Shown piece by piece: positions 50,201-60,400 of a stretch of 64,000 nucleotides of DNA. Position numbers and translations under genes: made by a program. Source of the DNA: a virus. Taxonomy: Duplodnaviria > Heunggongvirae > Uroviricota > Caudoviricetes. The stretch lies in IMG/VR virus record IMGVR_UViG_3300042914_003231, positions 1 through 64,000 of that record. One strand, given 5' to 3'. Every line of letters begins with the position of its first letter. Position 1 is the stretch's first letter. The notes under the pieces were generated by a model. That model made no database searches and was not told where the DNA came from. It saw only the letters and a list, made by a program, of their open reading frames with translations.

Positions 50201-51525
50201 ATGGTATAACAGTTTGTTGTGATCATGACTTACCTCTTTGGGCCAATCGAAAAGCAATTCTTGATTATGAGATGTTAATCGATCCTAGCTTATGTAAGTC
50301 TACATTATGTTATTGTCCAAAACCTTGTCTCATCAGTGTGGAAATTGTATTACTTCCTACATGTGTTGCTCCTGTAATAGTAAATACTTTGATAGATTTT
50401 GTATGTCCTGCTCCAGTAGTTATTGATGCAGTAATTGAATACAATCCAGTTACGGCTGATTGTAATTGCTATACAATAACTCCTCTGGAACAACCTATAG
50501 AAATGTTGTATTTGGATTGCTGTTGTGCTTTACAAAGAATAATAATTGATAATTTAGAACCAATAAATATTTGTGCTAGTACAACTCCTGCTATTTATCC
50601 ACAATCAGGTAGTGCTACTGTAGTACTTAATGGTGATTGTAACGATCTTGGTCCATGTAATCCTCCAATATGTTATTGTTGGAAGGTAACTAATACTAAT
50701 TCTCCAGGTTCACCTGATGGTGAAGCTTCATTTGATGCATGCTCTACAGGGCCATCCCAAACAAGTGTGTCTGCTTTTGTATCTGCTGGAAGCTTTATTT
50801 CTAATTGTGCATTTAACCCACCTACAGTTAGTTCAGGATTAGTTGTTGAAAACATGGGGCCGTGTGTTAATGGTCGTTGTGTACCTCCTCCATGTCAGTG
50901 TTATGAAGTAACATCTATGGTATCATGCCTATACAATTATACAAACTGTGATGGACAACCTGCTACTATACTAACAACTCCTGGTATTTCATACATCTGT
51001 TCTCAGACTTTACCATTTCCAGATGCTATTTGTTCAAACGAAAGTTCAGTAATTCTTACATCTTACCCTTGTGATCCACTACTTGGTACTTGTGGTCCAC
51101 CTCCTCCATGTGTTTGTTATATTGTAACAATTCAAACTCCGGGTGGTCAAGGTTGTAGTATAGATTATACTCCGTGTGGAGAATCACCTAGATCACAAAT
51201 ATTCCCTGATGGCCTAAACTATATCTGTTCACAAACTCCTCCTGTGCAAAGCGTTGGATCAACTTGCACAGTAACTATTCAGTCTACATCACTGAATTGT
51301 GGTTTAGGAGAATGTAATGATTTTGTATTACCTTGTAATTGTTATACATTTACAGTTCAAGGTAGTAATTTTGCATTCCAAAGTATAATAGACTGTTCAG
51401 GAAATCCTGGTGAAATAGGAGGTGCACCTGGAACAGTAGGTGTTGCTTGTGTACAAAATTTTGGGCCACCTAACCCTAATATTATTATATCCGCTACACC
51501 AGGAGCTTGTGGATCAACCTGCTAA
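47281..51525 (+). CDS. giant Cys-rich repeat protein with a central PA14-like domain (adhesin/receptor-binding candidate), 1414 aa
   Basis: At least 9 copies of a ~60-85-aa CY.LTDC module, about 5 C-terminal C.CY..T modules, and a PA14-like segment TGTYCVGIGGDDCVRVKLDGVII...LTAGTHVIVVEGNSGGGPAAFGAEIY (about nt 48706-49191). Confidence 0.75.
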   Translation: MACYEIQNCQTNTTSIISYAGPSLTLGDIIKPTPSIDPPNVSADCWTVIGGPIPCDSLPFVTVTSVVIYNSCSPCIATQLPTCYELTDCSGTVVYYTNDNLSSFVGNYVSSPLYPGYCFYVAVSQTCTNPVAFSNPVACTCTCYTLTDCEGIIPPFNTFSNLAAYFGQVIQINENGGCAGPCFFVSVNTGTCGEPRAATVTLNCQPCPPCNDCYVLLDCTTRQPFLTLSNPTANGIDLSTLIGQVIGQVCLGPNNTQCTNGCWEIQQASSCAGSVNAYVYNIFQDCVSCNAVCYKFTNCQTLQEILVTYTVPNITLPNPSTLLGNTLGSLCFKPPTNCLSGCWNVSLNDTADCSGAIDWTAALSYTEFANCTQCQPACYLLTECAPAITPPFIVSNDLSLYVGNVVKICDSQGNCNCYNVELAQTCDGSIVIDNANASFTTCEECNSCDCPPGYTKIDDYCQKITSVPAILNPSIYNSAPGSINDNYGSLGTRFYPNVTSLPYPLTAVTGPDRFVDFANVNVSYTSSVVGIWGGPVGSRLSTVGIWTSVAPNPINEWIGFAQCINIPTTGTYCVGIGGDDCVRVKLDGVIIAEACIGFFDFRYWHVFELNLTAGTHVIVVEGNSGGGPAAFGAEIYQTNIVALQAITTVPALQAITVFSTFPMRSTPTPFQTGQTSGYSCPPGSTLNLCGTPSCTIIETIPFVSCAPTFRVTDCAGIMEPFITNTDLSSYLTGIHKTCITTANYSTTCYLLRDCNRLVDEVITTSNMESYLWTSVSLNEYPGSCFLVLPLPSNTTCVTNPVTLSSNPCVCPNAQQPWPNGCYCVTVEEILIPEVAPDFLGVFQNQLYNCCEDCLRVCYLLTDCQGALDPVVVCNDLELYIGKIIQIEGCGDTCWQVATSNNCNSNTIFAGAITSFETCEDCLPPIPPAPLLELHPRRIKPGYFSPNCKIPLEYIEKVNCTFARQVYDSMLILRYGITVCCDHDLPLWANRKAILDYEMLIDPSLCKSTLCYCPKPCLISVEIVLLPTCVAPVIVNTLIDFVCPAPVVIDAVIEYNPVTADCNCYTITPLEQPIEMLYLDCCCALQRIIIDNLEPINICASTTPAIYPQSGSATVVLNGDCNDLGPCNPPICYCWKVTNTNSPGSPDGEASFDACSTGPSQTSVSAFVSAGSFISNCAFNPPTVSSGLVVENMGPCVNGRCVPPPCQCYEVTSMVSCLYNYTNCDGQPATILTTPGISYICSQTLPFPDAICSNESSVILTSYPCDPLLGTCGPPPPCVCYIVTIQTPGGQGCSIDYTPCGESPRSQIFPDGLNYICSQTPPVQSVGSTCTVTIQSTSLNCGLGECNDFVLPCNCYTFTVQGSNFAFQSIIDCSGNPGEIGGAPGTVGVACVQNFGPPNPNIIISATPGACGSTC

Positions 51526-51575
51526 TAAGATTTGCTAAATTGATAAAAAATAAGTATATTTAATAAACAAGAATA

Positions 51576-53045
51576 ATGAAGCCACTTAACATAGACAAAA
51601 CCGGTTGCAGTAATATATCATCTAATTGTGTTACATGGCAAGGTCCTGATATTGAGTGTATTAATTTATGTAAGGGTGACTCCGTTACTGAAGTAGTATA
51701 TAAATTAGCCCTTGAATTATGTAATCTTATGGACACTTTTGATCTTAAGAATTATGATCTTAAGTGCTTTTCTACCGGAGTGTGCCAACCTAAAGATTTT
51801 AAAGACTTCTTAAACATTTTAATCACCAAAGTATGTGCACTACAAGATTGCACTGGTTGCGGTGATAATTGTAATCCTTGCCCTACACCAACTATTCCTT
51901 CAACTAATGGGACAAATGGTGATCCTAATCCAGTAATGAAAGTGGCTCCTGCTTTTTACTATACTAATCAGTATGGTGATCAGGTTACTACCATGTCAAT
52001 GCAGGATTATGTAACTACTATTGGCAATCGTGTTTCTACACAAGTAAGCCAGATTCAGAATATTCAGGCTACTTTACTGCAGCAAAATGAGCGTATTACA
52101 AATCTTGAAAATAAACCAGATCCTAGTTTTAGTATGCCTCAAATTGTACAAGATGGGAATTTAGTTAATCTGGATGTTGTTTTACAAACATTAAGCAGTG
52201 AGTTTTCTCAGCTTGAAAATGCAACGGGTGATCCTAATTCCATCTACACAAACATGCAAAAAGTAGATGCTAATTTGTCCAACACGCCTAGTTTAGCTAC
52301 CCCTGGTGCTACTATGGGATCTTTACCAGGATGGACAGTAAATCCTTCTAACCAAGCTGAAAGCTTTGGTAACATGTGGAAAACTATCTTAGATATAAGA
52401 AATGCTGTTCAAAACTTAATCAATAATTATGTTCCAAATATCTGCTCTAGTATCTCTATTAGCTTAGTTGCTACTTATGACTCTAATGTTAACCAAGTAA
52501 CTCTTTACTTTACTGGTGCTATTCCTACAGATTTTGTTAACACAATCCCTGGAGGAACAACTTTTACAATAGCTGACGTATATAATAATACTACAACAGT
52601 ATTGATTGATATTCAAAGTGTAATTAATAATGTAGCTGGTTATGTTGTTCCTCTTGGAGGAACTCGTTTAAATACAGCAGGTAACTTGATTATATCAGCT
52701 AGTCCTTCTTATAATAGCAGATCAACAGGTTCTCAGTGTGTATCTACTCTAAACTTTACTATTGTAAATACAGGAGCCTGCCCTTCTGCAACTTACACTC
52801 CTACTAACAACTCTATTGAGTATTCATTTACTACAGAGTCAGGAACAAGAACATATACTGTTGAATTATCAAATAGTGGCGGTGGCCTACCTCCTACTAT
52901 ACAAACATTCACAACTACTAGTGTACAAAACATTACAAGTGTGTTTGCAGGATTAACTTCATTGACTAATTACACAGTAAGAATAACAGTAACTGTAAAT
53001 GGTGTATCAACAGCTTGTCCAATTACAGCAGTAACAACATTATAA
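51576..53045 (+). CDS. virion protein, 489 aa, with an N-terminal Cys module shared with 53057..54271
   Basis: SSNCVTWQGPDIECINLCKGDSVTEVVYKL aligns with DSKCVIYTGEDLPCIGVEQGNSIEQVILAL in the next gene. Confidence 0.65.
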   Translation: MKPLNIDKTGCSNISSNCVTWQGPDIECINLCKGDSVTEVVYKLALELCNLMDTFDLKNYDLKCFSTGVCQPKDFKDFLNILITKVCALQDCTGCGDNCNPCPTPTIPSTNGTNGDPNPVMKVAPAFYYTNQYGDQVTTMSMQDYVTTIGNRVSTQVSQIQNIQATLLQQNERITNLENKPDPSFSMPQIVQDGNLVNLDVVLQTLSSEFSQLENATGDPNSIYTNMQKVDANLSNTPSLATPGATMGSLPGWTVNPSNQAESFGNMWKTILDIRNAVQNLINNYVPNICSSISISLVATYDSNVNQVTLYFTGAIPTDFVNTIPGGTTFTIADVYNNTTTVLIDIQSVINNVAGYVVPLGGTRLNTAGNLIISASPSYNSRSTGSQCVSTLNFTIVNTGACPSATYTPTNNSIEYSFTTESGTRTYTVELSNSGGGLPPTIQTFTTTSVQNITSVFAGLTSLTNYTVRITVTVNGVSTACPITAVTTL

Positions 53046-53056
53046 AATAAACTAAA

Positions 53057-54271
53057 ATGAGCGATTGTACAAAATGTGGAAAATGTCAAGAAGACTGCGG
53101 GTGCATTCCTAGAGGTATGACAACTCCTAACTATTGCCCTGGAGATCTTCCGCCTTGTCCTGAGCCTTCACCATGTAATGAAACATTTGATAGCAAGTGT
53201 GTTATCTATACAGGAGAAGATCTTCCTTGTATTGGAGTAGAACAGGGTAATTCGATAGAGCAAGTTATTCTTGCTTTAAATGAAAAACTGTCTCCTCTGT
53301 TTTGTTTAGAGTGTCCTAGTTTAAATATCCCGGCTAATAATGCTGTGAATATCCCTTATGATCAAACTCTAAACTGGAATGCTGTTCCAGGAGCTACATC
53401 TTATGATGTGTACTTTGGAACAACTGCTGTTAATCCTCCTCTTGTATCAGCTGGTCAAATTTCAACAGCATATACTTATCCGTATCCGTTGCTTCCAGGA
53501 ACTGATTATTACTGGAAAGTAGTACCTAAGAATGCTACAAGTGCTGCACAAAATTGTGCTACTTACCAATTCAAGACTAAAGAAGTTACTTGTGTAAATC
53601 CTTTATCTTACATGCTTGAGTATGTAATGAGTGAGCAACCTTTAAACAGTGTGTTTAATCCTGGAACTTTAGTTGACTCTATAGTTGATTTTTTGAATAA
53701 TGGTGAGTTAATCACTAACTGTAATTTTTGTTGTCCTGATTGTAAAGATACTAACAGATATGTATTAGCTTCTGCTCCTTTGTACGCGTTACACTATAGC
53801 CAATTCTATAGTCTTCCTAATTGTCCTCCAATATGCTGTACAGAAGTAGATGCTTCTTTAACAGCTATGATTGCTACATTCAATAATGCTTCTCCATCTT
53901 TATCTGAAGCCTTTAAAGATATTCCTCCTGTGACAAACTGTTGTGGAACAAACTTCAGCGAATGTGCTGATTCTTTAAAAGTTTCTTTAGGTACATCACG
54001 GGATGCTATTTTCAAATTATTAGGTGTAGTAGAAGAATCTACAATTAGTAATACAACGCAGCTTTGTGTACTATCTACATTCTTAAACTCATTACCGCCA
54101 GCAGTTACTGATGCTCAAAAAGCTTCAATTATTGCTGCAATTCTTAACAATGGATTTGTTGTAGATTGCCGTCCAGAGGGTACTATTATTTCAGGAATTC
54201 AGAAATACAAACAATACATAACAGCTGTTCAAGATGGCTGCTTATGTTATAAACCATGTATAACACCATAA
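53057..54271 (+). CDS. Cys-rich virion protein with an FN3/Ig-like segment, 404 aa
   Basis: LNWNAVPGATSYDVYFGTT...GTDYYWKVVPKN is FN3-like. Many CxxC/CC pairs. Confidence 0.65.
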   Translation: MSDCTKCGKCQEDCGCIPRGMTTPNYCPGDLPPCPEPSPCNETFDSKCVIYTGEDLPCIGVEQGNSIEQVILALNEKLSPLFCLECPSLNIPANNAVNIPYDQTLNWNAVPGATSYDVYFGTTAVNPPLVSAGQISTAYTYPYPLLPGTDYYWKVVPKNATSAAQNCATYQFKTKEVTCVNPLSYMLEYVMSEQPLNSVFNPGTLVDSIVDFLNNGELITNCNFCCPDCKDTNRYVLASAPLYALHYSQFYSLPNCPPICCTEVDASLTAMIATFNNASPSLSEAFKDIPPVTNCCGTNFSECADSLKVSLGTSRDAIFKLLGVVEESTISNTTQLCVLSTFLNSLPPAVTDAQKASIIAAILNNGFVVDCRPEGTIISGIQKYKQYITAVQDGCLCYKPCITP

Positions 54272-54282
54272 ACCAATAAAAC

Positions 54283-55014
54283 ATGCTAACACCAGCAACA
54301 TTAACAGTAACATTCACAGCTAACTATGCAGGACCACACAGAATCTGTTGGAGAATCCAAGGATCTACAGGACCATATGTGTGCACTAATATAGTAAACT
54401 GCGCGGGAGGGGGAAACGTCTGCCAAGCAGTGGTATCCATAATGGTGGATCCTGAAAGTTGTGATCCAGTTACCTACGAAGGATATATTCAAGCAACTTG
54501 TAATCCGGAAGGATCTCCTGTAGATCAAGTACCTTGGGTGGCTACTTTTACACCTAATCCAGTATGTAAAATGTATAGTATTAGATCTACACCTAATGTG
54601 CTTTGTACAACTCCTCCACAATTGCTTCCGTTAATTCCTGCTACCACAATGGGTCTGAACTGTAATGGTACAGCTAGACCAGCTGTTCAGCTTTTTTGTG
54701 CTAAACCTGTTTATTTGTGTGCAGTAGGTATCATCCCTAATTTACCTCCAGAGTATGTTATGACATTATTTGATGGTTGCTGTTATGATTGTACTGAATA
54801 TGATGTTACTATTTCACCAGCTTGTCCTGGTTGTGTACTTAATGGATCAAGCATATATTACATAGATTGCAATACAAAAGAATTAATAAGACAAGACTTT
54901 ACTGGTAATACTGCTGTAACAATTTCCGGTATTTGTGCTGTTACTGGTTCTGTATCTTTACAAACGACTGAGGAAGCTAATGGTGTAATTACACCAATCG
55001 GACCTTGTTCATAA
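54283..55014 (+). CDS. Cys-rich virion protein, 243 aa
   Basis: ORF track; Cys residues throughout. Confidence 0.65.
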   Translation: MLTPATLTVTFTANYAGPHRICWRIQGSTGPYVCTNIVNCAGGGNVCQAVVSIMVDPESCDPVTYEGYIQATCNPEGSPVDQVPWVATFTPNPVCKMYSIRSTPNVLCTTPPQLLPLIPATTMGLNCNGTARPAVQLFCAKPVYLCAVGIIPNLPPEYVMTLFDGCCYDCTEYDVTISPACPGCVLNGSSIYYIDCNTKELIRQDFTGNTAVTISGICAVTGSVSLQTTEEANGVITPIGPCS

Positions 55015-55059
55015 TATTATGATGTCACGGTTTGTTGGTTTCAACGTGGCTGACAAGCA

Positions 55060-55097
55060 AAGTCCCTGGTTAAATTATACTGGGGACTTTTGCATTT
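55060..55097 (+). terminator. terminator after the Cys-rich block
   Basis: 7-8-bp stem AAGTCCC(T)/(G)GGGACTT followed by TTGCATTT. Confidence 0.5.
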
Positions 55098-55161
55098 AAA
55101 GAATTGTACTTTACACTATAAAAGTTTATTTTTAAACTTTCAAAAAAATGTGTATATTTAT

Positions 55162-55764
55162 ATGGGAGATATGATGTTAAAAAAATTTAGAAAACCTGAC
55201 GTTAAGGCTCCTAGATGTAGACCTGGAGCAAGTAGACTAGTTAACAAAACTTTTCTAGATGAGCTTGCTAGTTGCCATCCTGAAACAAAAGACTTAGGAA
55301 TAGCCGATGTAAATAAAATATTACAAACAATGCATGGTAAAATGTGGGACCATGCTGCTAACTATCGAGATGGAATAGAGCTTTTTGAACAGCTTGGTTT
55401 TGTATTTGTTGGTACCTGCAATTCTCCAAAGAAGTACAATGTGGATTATGGTAACTCTATTAAGAATGGATCTACTCTAAGACACAGAAATTTTGAGTCT
55501 GATAATTATTTAGCTAAGATCTTCTATACAAACTTTGCTTCTAAGTATAAGTTTAAAAATAGAGATATGTGGATGTTTGAACCAACGCGTGCATTTCAAA
55601 GAACTGTATCTAAGATATATCCTGAGAAGTGGAAGATTTTTGTTCAAGTAGAGAACAACAGAAATATCTCAAGATACATAGAAAAAGCTATGAAATCTTC
55701 TTTTATAAAAAAGAGATCTATGCTGCCAGTAGATGATAACTATGATGAATTCAATTTGGACTAA
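55162..55764 (+). CDS. hypothetical protein, 200 aa
   Basis: Start set at ATG 55162, just after the TATATTTA box at 55153-55160. Confidence 0.6.
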   Translation: MGDMMLKKFRKPDVKAPRCRPGASRLVNKTFLDELASCHPETKDLGIADVNKILQTMHGKMWDHAANYRDGIELFEQLGFVFVGTCNSPKKYNVDYGNSIKNGSTLRHRNFESDNYLAKIFYTNFASKYKFKNRDMWMFEPTRAFQRTVSKIYPEKWKIFVQVENNRNISRYIEKAMKSSFIKKRSMLPVDDNYDEFNLD

Positions 55765-56435
55765 TGACAACAATAGGTGATTCAATATCAAGGGTTAGAA
55801 ACCTAGTTAAAGGTGTTAAGGAAGATGCTTTCCTTACTGACCGACTTATCTTTTCTCTAATCGAGAAGTATGGTAAGCTTCTTATTAAAAGACAAGATGA
55901 TCAGAACAAGATCATGAAGTTTCAGTCTTTGTTTGAGAAACTACCTTGTGTAGAACTTATTGAAGTAGATAAAATAGAAGCTTGTTGTGCTGGCATAAAA
56001 TCCGGTTGTACAATTCGAAGAACTAAAGAAAAATTACCTACAGTCCTTGAAGGAGCATATGGTCCATTGTTTAGAACAATATCATCTATTGATGGCTCTA
56101 TTGAGTTTTTTAAAACTTATCCTACTACTTATGTAGCAATGACACATAGTACTAATTTTAAGTACAATAAAAATAAGTATTATTGGTATTTAGGTGGGCA
56201 TCTTTATTTTCCAAATATCGATTGGGATTCTGTTTCTGTAGAAGGCTTATGGGATGGAAGTATTCAAAGATATATTTGTGGTGGAGATGTTTGCTTGCCA
56301 AGACAACAACAAAAAATTCCTCTTCCGGAATACATGTTTGCTGACATAGAAAATATGGTTATTAAAGATCTTCTTACTACTATACAGTTACCGGTTGAAA
56401 ATAATGATGATAATCAAAACATCTTAAGAACATAA
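55764..56435 (+). CDS. hypothetical structural protein, 223 aa
   Basis: ORF track; ATGA-type junction. Confidence 0.6.
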   Translation: MTTIGDSISRVRNLVKGVKEDAFLTDRLIFSLIEKYGKLLIKRQDDQNKIMKFQSLFEKLPCVELIEVDKIEACCAGIKSGCTIRRTKEKLPTVLEGAYGPLFRTISSIDGSIEFFKTYPTTYVAMTHSTNFKYNKNKYYWYLGGHLYFPNIDWDSVSVEGLWDGSIQRYICGGDVCLPRQQQKIPLPEYMFADIENMVIKDLLTTIQLPVENNDDNQNILRT

Positions 56436-56439
56436 TATC

Positions 56440-57462
56440 ATGAGTTACAACTATACCCTGAAATATAAGACATTCAACCAGTTGCTAGAAGAAATACATG
56501 TGGATTTTCAGAATTACAACTTAGAATCTTTTATCGAACCTCAACAATTAATTAAGGTTGCTAAGCGTGTTAGTTATGAACTCGGCTTAAGAGTTCTTAT
56601 GACAAAAGAAGCTCTAGTAGAAATTCATAATGGAAAAGTAAGACTACCTGATGATTTTTATGTTCTTAACTACGCTTTGGTGTGTGATCATCTTACTATT
56701 AATGAGCCGGTGATTCAAGGAACTAATATGCAAGAAATTCCTTTAGCTCCTCCTCGTTATGAAACTTCTGCTATTATTGATCCTTGTACAGATGCTATTC
56801 CAAATTGCCAAACTTGTGGGGTACCTACATATCCATGCGCATGTCCTAGTCCGTCTAATTGCCTACCTCCGCCTCCTAATGAAGTAAATTGCACTAAGCC
56901 TAGAATAGTACTTACTTGTAAAGGTAATAATTATGAGCTAGTTCAAGTTGTGAAGACTCAAACTAGAACTTTTAGAAGATTATGGGCTTTACAATTTCTT
57001 GCTAATGATCAGACTATTGCTTGCAACTGTCCAAATCTTTATGTGAAGAGTCCTAACCATGCTTGGATACGAGATGGTTTTTTGTTTACTAATTTAGAAA
57101 ATGCTAATATATACATTAGTTATCAAGGAATGTTAGAAGATGATGAAGGAAACCTTTTAGTTCCGGACCATGATCTTATCAATGAATACTATGAGTATGC
57201 TCTTAAAAAAAGAATTCTTGAAAATCTTATCATGAATGATGAGAATGTTTCTCAGGCAAAGATTCAACTTATTGAAAATGGTTATAGAACATCTAGAAAT
57301 TTAGCTATGAGTGTTGTAAATACTCCTAACTTTGCTGAAATGAAAGAAATGTGGTGGCAAAATAGAAAAGCTCAGTATGGTAAATATTATGATATGTTTT
57401 CTAGCTATCCATGGAATCAAGCTTTCAATATTAATGTTCAAGGACAAATGAACCAATACTAA
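56440..57462 (+). CDS. structural protein with a Cys/Pro-rich insert, 340 aa
   Basis: CQTCGVPTYPCACPSPSNCLPPPPNEVNC. Confidence 0.6.
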   Translation: MSYNYTLKYKTFNQLLEEIHVDFQNYNLESFIEPQQLIKVAKRVSYELGLRVLMTKEALVEIHNGKVRLPDDFYVLNYALVCDHLTINEPVIQGTNMQEIPLAPPRYETSAIIDPCTDAIPNCQTCGVPTYPCACPSPSNCLPPPPNEVNCTKPRIVLTCKGNNYELVQVVKTQTRTFRRLWALQFLANDQTIACNCPNLYVKSPNHAWIRDGFLFTNLENANIYISYQGMLEDDEGNLLVPDHDLINEYYEYALKKRILENLIMNDENVSQAKIQLIENGYRTSRNLAMSVVNTPNFAEMKEMWWQNRKAQYGKYYDMFSSYPWNQAFNINVQGQMNQY

Positions 57463-60400
57463 TGGCACAAGAACAGAATACAAGCAATAATCAAGTAAGA
57501 ACTTTTGATAAGTCTCTTAATGAAGATGTTAATGACTTTCATTTGCCATCCAATGAATGGACTCATGGTAGAAATGTGATCAATAACTCTGTAACTGGTG
57601 ACTTAGGTAAACTTGGAAACGAGCCTGCAAACATTCTTTGTGTTCAAGCACCTTATCCTATTATCGGGTTTATTCATATTATTGAAGATCGATGGGCAGT
57701 TTTCTCTACTGATGGAACTAACTCCGAGATTGGTCTGTTTATAGAAGGTAATTGTGGTACTTTGGAGCCAGCATATTATACTATTGTAAATGCTCCGTGC
57801 TTAAAGTTCAATATAGAAAAGCTAATCATTGGTGTTTCCCGTCCTACAAGTACTTGTACTTACAAGTTATATTGGGATGATGGTATCAATCCTTCACGCG
57901 TTCTTGAGATAGACATAGATAATCCTAGCAGAAACTGGTATACTGATCCTAATAGTACTCTTCCTTGGGTACAGAATTGTGTAGATAGTAATGGTCCTTC
58001 TCCTGGTGGATGTATCATTTGTACTAATACTCCGGTGTTAGACTGTGATAAGATCAGACTAGCATTATTTATCAATCCTATTTGTCCTCGCGTAGAGAAT
58101 GGGACACAAGGTGGAAACCTTCTTAATGGTTCTTACATGGTTGCTATGGCCTATGCAATAAAGGGTCAGAAGATATCTGATTGGTATGTTTCCAATGTAC
58201 AGTCATTATGGACTCATCAGAATTCATCAGGCTCTATTGATGTGTTCATCGATAGTATTGATCCTGATTTTGATGAAGTAATTGTTACTGTGATCTCTGT
58301 TACTAACCAGCAAACTGTTGCAAGACAAGCTGGAGTATACAGCACGCGTCAAACTCGCTTAGGCTTTGATATTATATCAGACACATGGCCGGCTGTCCCT
58401 ATTGAACAGCTTCCTCTAATGACTCCTATTATTGATAAGTCAGATGCTATGTACAATGTTGGTGACTATCTTATTCGTGTAGGACCAACATCAAAAGAAG
58501 ATTTCAATTATCAGCCTCTGGCAAATCAGATTGTTTCTAAGTGGCAATCTGTAGAATACCCAGCTGACTACTATTATAAAGGAAACAATAAGACCGGTTA
58601 CATGAGAGATGAGGTTTATCCTTTTTTCATTGTGTGGGAATATGATACAGGTGATGAATCTGCAGCATATCACATTCCTGGCCGTCCTGCTTTTTCTTCA
58701 GATCTTACACCTCCTGCAGGTAATGTGATTGCTGGAGAAACACAAACTTGGCAAGTATACAATACAGCAACTCAAACTGCTACTCCTGGTACTGTATTAC
58801 CGGATGGTGGTGTAGTTATTGCTGAAGGCTTAATGGGCTACTGGCAATCAACAGAATACTATCCTGATAAAAAGCCTCAAGTATGGAATGCAAGCGCACA
58901 TTGTTGGTCATCTCTGAACCCGGGCTCGATCCCAGGATGCTTAGAACCAACTCCACCTATACCGTATACAGGTACTGCTTCAGGCCTAGCATCATTCGAT
59001 TTATGTGGTACTCCAATACGACATCATAAGTTTCCTGAAGATAGTCTTACAACTCAAACAAACCGTTTTAATGCTGGTGTAGGAAACAAGATTAGAATTA
59101 TGGGTGTGAAGTTTGAAAACATCAGAGCTCCTAGAAGAAGTGATGGAAGTCTTATTCCTGGTATTATAGGATACAAGATCATGCGTGGTACTCGTAATGG
59201 TAACAAAACTGTTATTGCTAAGGGTATGATCAATAACACACATGAGTATGATATTCCTGGAGCACCGGGCACTAAAGGCTATTATCCTAACTACCCATTT
59301 AATGATCTTAGAGATGATCCATTTTTAAGTACTACTCAGACAAGTACAGCATCTATTTTAAATCCTGCTTTACCAGGAGGAGATATAAAAAATTACAATG
59401 CTATGCCTGGAGGATTTGGTACAGGTAGATTCAGTCCTAATCTAGTAACATTTCATTCACCAGAAACTAACTTCAACAATCCTTATTTAGCTACAAAAGA
59501 GCTAAGGATCTATCAAGGTATTAATGGTAATGTGAAAGGCAAGTTTGAAATATCAGAACAGCATCCTAAAGAAAAACTTATTACTGATATGGCTTTTATC
59601 ATAGCTTCTATTGGAGGTTTAGGTGTTGCTGCTTTGGCTACAAATGGTAATAGAAGAGTTCATAGAGAATATCCTAACTATCAAGGTTTCTCACAAGAGC
59701 CTAATTACTTTACTAAGAATACTTATAACTTAAATGAGAATGGTTCAATAAATGGTACTGACACTTCTACTCAAGCTCCTTATCCAGAAGCAGGTACTGA
59801 AACCGGTGGTCCTTTACCTACACCTGTTGCAACAGCCAATCTGATAACACCTACTCCGATCATTACTACTTTAAATGAAACAACTACTAATAATGTAAAT
59901 GGGACTACTGATTTGAGTGTTCCTCAGAAAACTAATATAATATCTCAGCCAGCACCAACTCATTTACCTATTATGAGTCCTGCTTTAGTTGCAGTGTTTT
60001 CAGCTTTTACAGGATATGATGCAGTTAAAAATTCAGGAGCCTCTTTAGCTTTAACTATTGTTCCAGGAACTACAGATGATGTAGCTCAAGAAGCCGGAAT
60101 GAATACAGCAAATACAGCAGCTACAAGTTCACTTACAGGTGTATCAAGTGCTCAGATAACTATTGAAAATGAAGATGGTGATTACCAAGGTATCCCGCAA
60201 CCATTTAGAACAATAAGTTCTTTTCCATTATTCTTAAACTACTATAGTGATGGTACAGACAGTTTGATAAGACTTATCCGTGCTATCATCCGTTACAAGG
60301 ATTATGTAGTAAGATATCATTCACATGGTTTCTACAACAGAACAGAAAACAGACCTGTTACTTTTAGAACAGCTTTATCTGATCAGCAATATATTGATCC

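Noticed and set aside
34895-50855. Antisense or alternative-frame ORFs inside large genes (for example 34895..35185-, 36485..36811-, 37311..37688-, 47798..48106+, 48340..48666-, 59001..59272-)
   Set aside because: They are fully embedded in long, well-supported ORFs, have low-complexity or hydrophobic junk composition, and have no start context of their own.
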